DNA from: a virus
Taxonomy: Duplodnaviria > Caudoviricetes
Length of the DNA stretch: 38,416 bases
Virus record (IMG/VR): IMGVR_UViG_3300050160_000020
Coordinates: 1 to 38,416 of that record
Strand: one strand, 5' to 3'
Made by a program: the position numbers and the translations under genes. This document shows positions 1-5,754 of this stretch, one piece after another. The notes below the pieces were generated by a model. That model was not told the DNA's origin. It searched no databases and was given only the letters and a program-made list of their open reading frames with translations. Position 1 is the stretch's first letter, and every line of letters starts with the position of its first letter.

Positions 1-87
1 GCCGGACACCCGCGCATCGCCGTACACCCACGCATCGCCGTACACCCACGCATCGCCGGACACCCGCGCATCGCCGTACACCTGCGC
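1..87. repeat. Terminal direct repeat / assembly overlap (identical to 38330-38416)
   Basis: Base-by-base identity of 1-87 with 38330-38416; the reading frame continues across the junction. Confidence 0.9.
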
Positions 88-234
88 ATTGCCGTACACC
101 CACGCATCGCCGTACACCCACGCATCGCCGGACACCCGCGCATCGCCGGACACCCACGCATCGCCGTACACCCACGCATCGCCGTACACCCACGCATCGC
201 CGGACACCCGCGCATCGCCGGACACCCACGCATC
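1..234. repeat. 18-bp coding tandem repeat (GCCGKACACCYRCGCATY), 13 units
   Basis: Units counted directly; encode G(D/N)A(W/R/Q)V(Y/S) on the minus strand. Confidence 0.95.
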
Positions 235-393
235 GCCGGTCACATCAAGATTTTTCTCGCTTTCAATGTATCCACCCAATGCACTGGGAGTAACAAAGTA
301 CGAAATAGCCACCAATGCACGAATGCGCTTAACAGTGCGGCCCGGTGCTATTACTTTTTCATCACCTTTTACAAACTCATATTTAGCGTTCAT
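1..393 (-). CDS. Phage hexapeptide-repeat (left-handed beta-helix-like) protein, N-terminal part; continues at 38329->37991 (about 243 aa in total)
   Basis: ATG at 393 with GGAGAG RBS; MNAKYEFVKGDEKVIAPGRTVKRIRAL...LGGYIESEKNL followed by GDAWVY repeats; in frame with ORF 37991..38410. Confidence 0.85.
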   Translation of the reverse strand, partial: MNAKYEFVKGDEKVIAPGRTVKRIRALVAISYFVTPSALGGYIESEKNLDVTGDAWVSGDARVSGDAWVYGDAWVYGDAWVSGDARVSGDAWVYGDAWVYGNAQVYGDARVSGDAWVYGDAWVYGDARVSG

Positions 394-421
394 TTGCTCT
401 CTCCGTGTTGTTGATAGCTGA

Positions 422-465
422 ATTGTCTAGCACTTTTTTACGCTTGCGAATTAGGGGAAACCCTA
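422..465 (-). promoter_or_regulatory. Leftward promoter: palindromic box TAGGGGAAACCCTA (452-465) and -10 GACAAT (427-422)
   Basis: 24-bp box-to--10 spacing; TGCTAGACAAT and an ATCAACAA..CGGAG leader shared with the promoter at 8351-8423. Confidence 0.7.
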
Positions 466-735
466 AGATTGAAGAACTTTTAGCGCCCTGAGTGCAGATT
501 CCACGCTATCCACCATGCAAACTGGTAGACCTTGCGCTTCCTCGGCCTGTTTTGCGTTCATTCCCTTGCGCCCGTAGCCTGTTTTTGGGTTTTTGACTTC
601 CATGTAACAGGTTCTATCGCCTATCCACACTTGCAGGTCATAGGGCTGATGCACGATCTTGACCCGTGCGCCTGCTTTGCGTAGGGCTTGGACTATTTCG
701 GCCTGATTTCCATCAACCCTGCGTGCGTAACGCAT
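463..735 (-). CDS. Small PD-(D/E)XK nuclease (VRR-NUC / resolvase-like)
   Basis: RRVDGNQAEIVQALRKAGA...PYDLQV...YMEVKNP motif. Confidence 0.7.
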   Translation of the reverse strand: MRYARRVDGNQAEIVQALRKAGARVKIVHQPYDLQVWIGDRTCYMEVKNPKTGYGRKGMNAKQAEEAQGLPVCMVDSVESALRALKVLQS

Positions 736-892
736 TAAGCCTCTCCCTCACGCCCTTGATTAGCTCCAACTCGGGAAATATCGTCTCGTAGTTCTTGAGT
801 GCCCATCGTGCGTAATCCTCATCAATCTTTTTCAGGCTCAGGATGTGGTCGATCAGCCGGGTTCGGAGTGTTGTTAACGGGTGGTTTGCCAA
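713..892 (-). CDS. Hypothetical protein (59 aa, TTG start; not in ORF track)
   Basis: GGGAG RBS, helical protein-like sequence (LIDHILSLKKIDEDYARWALKNY); fills the gap between neighbours. Confidence 0.4.
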   Translation of the reverse strand: MANHPLTTLRTRLIDHILSLKKIDEDYARWALKNYETIFPELELIKGVRERLNALRTQG

Positions 893-971
893 AGATACGC
901 TCCCAGTTCTTGCGGAATTCGTCCATGTTTGTTGGCCGCTGCTTGTCGCCCTTGCCTGCTTCGTGGGTCAT
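822..971 (-). CDS. Small phage hypothetical protein (49 aa)
   Basis: AAGGAG RBS, ATGA overlap with the upstream gene; GKGDKQRPTN..F..NWERIF. Confidence 0.6.
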   Translation of the reverse strand: MTHEAGKGDKQRPTNMDEFRKNWERIFGKPPVNNTPNPADRPHPEPEKD

Positions 972-1312
972 GTCTGCTCCTTTGCGCGTGCTGCGTCTAT
1001 AGCGGCGCGAATGTTGCTGTGCTTTTTGTATGGGCTTCCATGGTCTTTGCGGCTGTACCAAGTACCCGAAAGGTGAAACGCATAGTGATTTCCTGCCAGA
1101 TTCAGCCAGTCCAACCGTTCAGCATCAGCCTTCAGTGCTTCGTTCTCAGCCTTCAGAGGTGCGGCTACAAGCTCTGCAAAGCGCTCAAGCCATTCAATGG
1201 GAACCGATGAAAAGAGCGCGTTGACATTGGGGTGATAGTTACCCTGCTTGTCTGTTTTGCCAATGCTTGCTTTCATTCCAGCCTCTCTAGCCAGTTTGAT
1301 GATGTCGGTCAT
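968..1312 (-). CDS. Phage hypothetical protein
   Basis: MTDIIKLAREAG N-terminus, GGAGG RBS, ATGA coupling. Confidence 0.7.
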   Translation of the reverse strand: MTDIIKLAREAGMKASIGKTDKQGNYHPNVNALFSSVPIEWLERFAELVAAPLKAENEALKADAERLDWLNLAGNHYAFHLSGTWYSRKDHGSPYKKHSNIRAAIDAARAKEQT

Positions 1313-1824
1313 TTCGCCTCCGGTGGAGTTGGCACATGTTTCCACATCTGCCCTTTAACGGCTTTGATGGCGGTGCTCTTGTCAATTCCAAAACGGTCAG
1401 CTATGGCTTGAAAAGTAACGCCCTGCGCCCTCAATCTACGCGCGGAAAGCACGTCAGCATCATTGAGTTTTGATGTTGCGAGTTTTTCTCCAATTGCGTG
1501 GTTATTGCGTCCTTTGGAAACTCGGTCATCTGCGTTGTCTTGAACCGTTCCAAGAAACAAATGTTCTGGGTTTACGCATTTACGGTTGTCGCACTTGTGG
1601 CAAACGTGCAGGCCATCTGTGATTGCGCCAATATGCGCCTCATATGAATAGCGGTGAGCAGAAACTGATTTTCTCGTCTCATCAGTTCTAGAGCCAGCCA
1701 TCAATCGCCCATATCCATTTCTTGTTGAGCCAATCCAATTCCAGCATCCCGTTGCTAGGTCAACAACCGATAGCCGTTCTATTCTTTCTTTCGGCGAATG
1801 AACTACTTGACCTCGCTTTTTCAT
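1309..1824 (-). CDS. HNH homing endonuclease with C-terminal HTH
   Basis: GCWNW..GYG..AHRYSY..VCHKCDNRKCVNPEHL..N motif; AAGGAG RBS and ATGA overlap at 1821-1824. Confidence 0.9.
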   Translation of the reverse strand: MKKRGQVVHSPKERIERLSVVDLATGCWNWIGSTRNGYGRLMAGSRTDETRKSVSAHRYSYEAHIGAITDGLHVCHKCDNRKCVNPEHLFLGTVQDNADDRVSKGRNNHAIGEKLATSKLNDADVLSARRLRAQGVTFQAIADRFGIDKSTAIKAVKGQMWKHVPTPPEAK

Positions 1825-2972
1825 AGCGTCTCCTTGGGCGTTTTTGGTAATGGCATCCAGTGGGTGGGCTTGGTGTGCGGGGCAATTTCCACATCGCCAG
1901 ACGACCCTCCAAAGCTCCACATCTCGCAGTCATCGCGCTGCACTCTGTAGGCGTTGGCAATCTTGTTGCCGCGTAGGCCAAGGAACTCCGTCCCATCCTT
2001 CGGCGCTGATTCAATAGGCTGCCAGCTCGGCTTCGCTTGCTTGGGTGCGGCTTTGTTTATGGCTTCGAGCACCAGCTTCAGTTTGTTGGCACCGAACTCC
2101 GCGCCAGCGGCGGTTTCCCACCATCCATCGGGGCTCTTGAACTCGTCTTGATCTATGCCCTCAAGAATGGCCTTAATCCGGATGGCTAGGTCTGTCGGCT
2201 CCGCTTGCTTGGGTGCTGGGTGGGCATACAGAGATACCTGTCGGTCATGCCCCCAAACATCGTTTTTGTGCCATCTTGCAACTTTGTGCCACTCAGGGTC
2301 AAACCAAGTCGGAAAGATGCCAAGCATGCTGGCAGTGACTTTTACTACCGGCTTTTGCTCTTGCGCTTGAGGTGCTGCCCCTTGCAGGCAATACTCAAAC
2401 ATTGCACGCGCTTGGTCTGTTGTAAGCAGATTTGTTCCAACGGGCCAGCAGTGAGGCAAGTCAAAACCTTTCGGGTTTTTCCGGTGGAACGTGATTCCGC
2501 CATCAGGCGCAAACTCTCGCGGTAGTTTCCAACCTAGGAACCGATTGACCATATGAGCAACGTCGCTCACCGGCTCTTGAGCTTGCTTGGGTGCTGGGTA
2601 AAGTGTGATGTTCGGTGGCAGTAGGCCGCTCCATTTCACGGCGAATGCCTTGCCGGTGCTATCCGTATATCCAACCGGCTCCTGCGTCAGCGGCACCAGC
2701 TTTGCAGCAAGGGCATCGCGCTCTGTGCGTAGCTCAATCTCACGGTCTACTGCGCGGCACACATCGCCGTAGCTCCCAGACCACCCATAGCTTCCTTTCT
2801 GCACCCGTTGCGCTTTTGAGGATTCAGTGTTTTGCATCGCAGCAACACCACAGCCTGCGAGCTGTATGCGCAGTTGCTCGTTCTCTGCTTGCAGCGATTC
2901 AATGGCATCGGCGGCTTCCCAGAATATGCTCGGGCCTTTGGCAAGTGCGCGCAGTCGTTCAATCAGTGTCAT
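1821..2972 (-). CDS. Mosaic multi-module phage protein with C-terminal DUF551-like domain
   Basis: WQPIESAPKDGT...PTHWMPLP C-terminus; recurring PAPKQA linkers. Confidence 0.8.
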   Translation of the reverse strand: MTLIERLRALAKGPSIFWEAADAIESLQAENEQLRIQLAGCGVAAMQNTESSKAQRVQKGSYGWSGSYGDVCRAVDREIELRTERDALAAKLVPLTQEPVGYTDSTGKAFAVKWSGLLPPNITLYPAPKQAQEPVSDVAHMVNRFLGWKLPREFAPDGGITFHRKNPKGFDLPHCWPVGTNLLTTDQARAMFEYCLQGAAPQAQEQKPVVKVTASMLGIFPTWFDPEWHKVARWHKNDVWGHDRQVSLYAHPAPKQAEPTDLAIRIKAILEGIDQDEFKSPDGWWETAAGAEFGANKLKLVLEAINKAAPKQAKPSWQPIESAPKDGTEFLGLRGNKIANAYRVQRDDCEMWSFGGSSGDVEIAPHTKPTHWMPLPKTPKETL

Positions 2973-3373
2973 TTCGGCTCCTTGAGGGTGAATGGCTTGG
3001 CAACAATCTTCAGCCGTGGGTTTGATTTTTTGAACTGCTCAACCGGCCCCCATGCCTCAAGAAAGCCAACGCGCCCCGTTTCGTCGTGCTGATACATAAG
3101 CGCTGTGGGTTCTTGTGTAAGCTGGCTTGCTGCTCCCTGTGCGTAGGCTTGGCGTAGTTGGTCTTTCTTATAGCCTCGAATCACATAACCAGACACATGC
3201 ATGTCAATTACGACCGGTTCCGGCAACTCCGCACTAGCCAGCTTTGCCAGAATCGCGGACTCGATGGCTCGGGCAAATGCATTGTTGTGATCGTCGTTTT
3301 TGTCGATCATGTAATCCCTGAATGCAGCATCTGCCATTGCATTAATTTCATCATCACTCAGTAACATTCTCAC
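2969..3373 (-). CDS. Phage hypothetical protein
   Basis: AGGAGG RBS; LSDDEI...FARAIESA motif typical of phage early small proteins. Confidence 0.7.
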   Translation of the reverse strand: MRMLLSDDEINAMADAAFRDYMIDKNDDHNNAFARAIESAILAKLASAELPEPVVIDMHVSGYVIRGYKKDQLRQAYAQGAASQLTQEPTALMYQHDETGRVGFLEAWGPVEQFKKSNPRLKIVAKPFTLKEPK

Positions 3374-3396
3374 CTCCTAAAAGTCTACCTATTAGC

Positions 3397-3591
3397 CTAG
3401 ACAGTCCGTAAACCGCTAGGGATAGGCCAATTATCGTTAGCTTGGTCATTTTGTGAATTAGGGTTTACCCTAGCTAGTTCGTTTTCGCTCAGGTCGCCAG
3501 TTAGGAATAGCGCTTGATTGACTATGTGAGCTGGTAGGTCTGCGCCTGCTTTTCGTTGGTCTAGTAGGTTATGGGCTTCGGGGTGGTTCAT
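3397..3591 (-). CDS. Small phage hypothetical protein
   Basis: EAHNLLD..K.G...I.QALFLTGDL; ATGA coupling. Confidence 0.6.
   Translation of the reverse strand: MNHPEAHNLLDQRKAGADLPAHIVNQALFLTGDLSENELARVNPNSQNDQANDNWPIPSGLRTV
3430..3472 (-). promoter_or_regulatory. Leftward promoter: box TAGGGTTTACCCTA (3459-3472) and -10 GATAAT (3435-3430)
   Basis: Perfect palindromic arms; 23-bp spacing. Confidence 0.6.
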
Positions 3592-3869
3592 GGCTTTGCA
3601 GCGTTGATGCCACGATCAATGCAATATTTGATGACGTTTTCATCATTCCATTCTGGCTGACTTGCCGCATTGAGTTGTTGCTCCAAAAGTGCATCATGTT
3701 TGCCAATCCAGTGGGCAACTTGTCTGGCATAAGAATTTGCTGCGCCACGCTCAACCCTCAATGCAAGATCCATCGCCTCGCAACGTGCCTTCAAATCCAA
3801 TGCTTGCTTTCCAATGTCCAAAACATCTTGATAAATTTCCTTCATCATTTCAGCGCCTTTTGTTGTCAT
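3588..3869 (-). CDS. Hypothetical coiled-coil protein
   Basis: AAGGAG RBS, ATGA overlaps at both ends. Confidence 0.65.
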   Translation of the reverse strand: MTTKGAEMMKEIYQDVLDIGKQALDLKARCEAMDLALRVERGAANSYARQVAHWIGKHDALLEQQLNAASQPEWNDENVIKYCIDRGINAAKP

Positions 3870-4285
3870 TTGATCTCCTTTTCTACCGCCTCGATCAAGG
3901 CCGGTGTTTTATGTCCCAAGTGATATTGACGCAACAATGCGGCGCGCCTATCGCTTTGAGACTGGGCCTCATCAAGAGCCATAGAAAGCTTGATGGTTGC
4001 CGACTTTCCAAGTGATATCTCTGCCGCATATCTGGCGGACTCACAAACCAATTGATGACAGCGCAATTCAAGTGCATCACGCTCAGAAACACGCCGGTTG
4101 TATTGGTTGTTTTGATGAACCATGCTCGCGTCGTATTCTTTTTCCATCTCTACAAGTCGCTCTTGTAGTTTGATAAGCAAACGGCCTGCTTTTTCAACGT
4201 CGCCAAGCGTCATCTTATGAAATGCGCCTTCTTGTAGCCATGCGGCCAAACGGTAGGCTTCTTCGCCATTGTGGTAATCGGTCAT
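3866..4285 (-). CDS. Hypothetical coiled-coil protein
   Basis: AGGAG RBS directly after a box-associated promoter. Confidence 0.7.
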   Translation of the reverse strand: MTDYHNGEEAYRLAAWLQEGAFHKMTLGDVEKAGRLLIKLQERLVEMEKEYDASMVHQNNQYNRRVSERDALELRCHQLVCESARYAAEISLGKSATIKLSMALDEAQSQSDRRAALLRQYHLGHKTPALIEAVEKEIK

Positions 4286-4304
4286 CTCTCGCTCCTAAAA
4301 CTTC

Positions 4305-4348
4305 ACTGTACTTTTAACGGGCTGCTTTGGGTATTAGGGTTTACCCTT
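4305..4348 (-). promoter_or_regulatory. Leftward promoter: box TAGGGTTTACCCTT (4335-4348) and -10 TACAGT (4310-4305)
   Basis: 24-bp spacing; RBS and ATG 4285 follow. Confidence 0.65.
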
Positions 4349-4479
4349 GCTTCACCCTTATTTTCGGCTAAGGTTATCCTAGGGTGGATAGAGACCAATC
4401 TCTTCCTTCCCTCTCCATGCTTTTTATTGCCTAAAGACACAAAAAGCACCAAGTGCGCATGACGGGTTGATTCGCTTAT

Positions 4480-4740
4480 ACACACGGCCTAGTTTCCACC
4501 TGAGTTACCGTGAGCTTTAACCAATACCTCAACCAAGTTTGGTCGGACAAAATCGCGGGGTGTTTCGCGTGCCGGTGTTTTCTTCCACGCAGCCCATTCA
4601 GGCTCTTGCTAACGTGTGGAGTACGGCGGAAATGAAAAAAGCCGTTACAACTGCCCTCGGTGGAAACCCTACGGATTGAAACCAAGGGCGAAGGCATGTG
4701 TAACGGCTTTCGACTTACATCACTTTCCACGGTGATGATG
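4480..4740 (-). ncRNA. Structured RNA, c4-antisense-like (a1 / a' / a2 arrangement)
   Basis: Hairpin CATCAC-CGTGGAAA-GTGATG; long stem AAAGCCGTTACA...TGTAACGGCTTT plus T tract, carrying GTTTCCACC; downstream hairpin CACGG..GGTGGAAAC..CCGTG. Confidence 0.6.
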
Positions 4741-4742
4741 TG

Positions 4743-4771
4743 ATTTTATAGGGTTTCCCCTAGTTGTGCAA
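4743..4771 (-). promoter_or_regulatory. Sigma70-like promoter TTGCAC-17bp-TAAAAT with box TAGGGTTTCCCCTA (4749-4762) in its spacer
   Basis: -35 at 4771-4766, -10 at 4748-4743; predicted start coincides with the first RNA hairpin. Confidence 0.7.
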
Positions 4772-5113
4772 CTTTTTCCGCAATTGCTCAAAAAAATCAC
4801 TCGGTGGGCGGGTTGCCGCTTTAGCGTCTGCCATTTTTCGCGCCAATTCGGGGTCTATAGCGCTCTTGGTGACCATCTCAGGGATTTCCGCACCGTCCCA
4901 CCGTTGCTGATTCAAATAGACCAATGGGGCCGGAATAAAAGCGCCGTTTTGCTTGCGCCAGTCATCCGTTGTTTTCATCCATTCCACATGCTTGATGATC
5001 TGGTCATGGCATGTTTCATAGTAGCCCTTTTTCCACTTTGCCAGACAAGCGGCCTTAGCGCCTTTGCGGGTAGACCGTGGCCATGCGGCCCAAAATTTAT
5101 CGAATCCGTCCAT
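4760..5113 (-). CDS. Replication-initiator C-terminal-like protein (no N-terminal HTH)
   Basis: FDKFWAAWPR..KGAK..C..KW...FIPAPLVYLNQQRW motif as in phage replisome-organiser C-termini. Confidence 0.65.
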   Translation of the reverse strand: MDGFDKFWAAWPRSTRKGAKAACLAKWKKGYYETCHDQIIKHVEWMKTTDDWRKQNGAFIPAPLVYLNQQRWDGAEIPEMVTKSAIDPELARKMADAKAATRPPSDFFEQLRKKLHN

Positions 5114-5115
5114 GT

Positions 5116-5328
5116 TTACACCTTTTTAGTCACTACCCGATAGACATAAAACCAGCGCCCGTTATCGGGGTAGCGCTTGGTTTTGACTAGCTCCTCACGC
5201 CATGTAAGCTGCTCACTAATGCGCTTCCATGGGCAGGTTGATAGCCCCGCCTGTTGTAGCTCAAGGGTGGACATACCTCGCTTTTTAAGCAGGGCGATCA
5301 GTTTGCGGCCTTGGGTGGTTTTCTGCAT
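5116..5328 (-). CDS. Small winged-HTH protein
   Basis: LIALLKKRGMSTLELQQAGLSTCPWKRISE..L plus a beta-hairpin; GGAG RBS before ATG 5328. Confidence 0.6.
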   Translation of the reverse strand: MQKTTQGRKLIALLKKRGMSTLELQQAGLSTCPWKRISEQLTWREELVKTKRYPDNGRWFYVYRVVTKKV

Positions 5329-5488
5329 CTTGCTCTCCAAATAAATCAGGCTGATCGCTTTTCACTACTTTGGAATGGACGTTCAGCCGTTTACCGTCCA
5401 TTTTCTCTAGGCACTTTGGCCCGATAGGATACGCGCCTACCCATGCTGCGGCTTTGTCCATTTCTTTGCCGCATCTAACGCACTTCAT
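5285..5488 (-). CDS. Small zinc-binding protein (DUF6011-like)
   Basis: CVRCGK...IGPKC. Confidence 0.6.
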   Translation of the reverse strand: MKCVRCGKEMDKAAAWVGAYPIGPKCLEKMDGKRLNVHSKVVKSDQPDLFGEQDAENHPRPQTDRPA

Positions 5489-5754
5489 GGGATATGACTG
5501 CCGGTTTCATACGCTAGGCACTTTTCAATGGTCCGAACGTGAACGCCGTATTGTTTCGCTAAGGCTTCGTTGCTCAGATTGTTTTTGATGTGCTTTCGTA
5601 GGTTCTCGCGTTGTTTCGCAGCGCTTCGTATTGAAACGATGTCAAGGTCTAGCAACTTGGTTTGCGGTAAGTCTTGGCCCCGAGGGGCCATAGAACGAGC
5701 GCGTGATAGGTATTCCTCGCGCTCTAACCGCTTTTCAGGGCGGTGTTGTTTCAT
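5485..5754 (-). CDS. HTH DNA-binding protein
   Basis: RGQDLPQTKL..DIVSIR...LAKQYGVHVRTIEKCL; ATGA coupling to the helicase-MTase gene. Confidence 0.7.
   Translation of the reverse strand: MKQHRPEKRLEREEYLSRARSMAPRGQDLPQTKLLDLDIVSIRSAAKQRENLRKHIKNNLSNEALAKQYGVHVRTIEKCLAYETGSHIP

Noticed and set aside
1-234. CRISPR array
   Set aside because: Contiguous 18-bp units with no spacers; they are in-frame coding repeats and no cas genes are present
89-421. Plus-strand ORF (PYTHAS repeats) and alternative-frame ORFs 38184..38378 and 38212..38400
   Set aside because: Shadow frames of the repeat; the minus-strand frame has the RBS, promoter and recognisable termini
4368-4382. Extra copies of the box (4369 TAAGGTTATCCTA; half-sites near 18805 and 25728)
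   Set aside because: Wrong spacing or only one arm; not counted, though 4369 could be a weak auxiliary site
4476-4730. 84-aa protein-coding ORF
   Set aside because: No RBS, its start lies in a hairpin loop right after the predicted TSS, and the region is better explained as structured RNA
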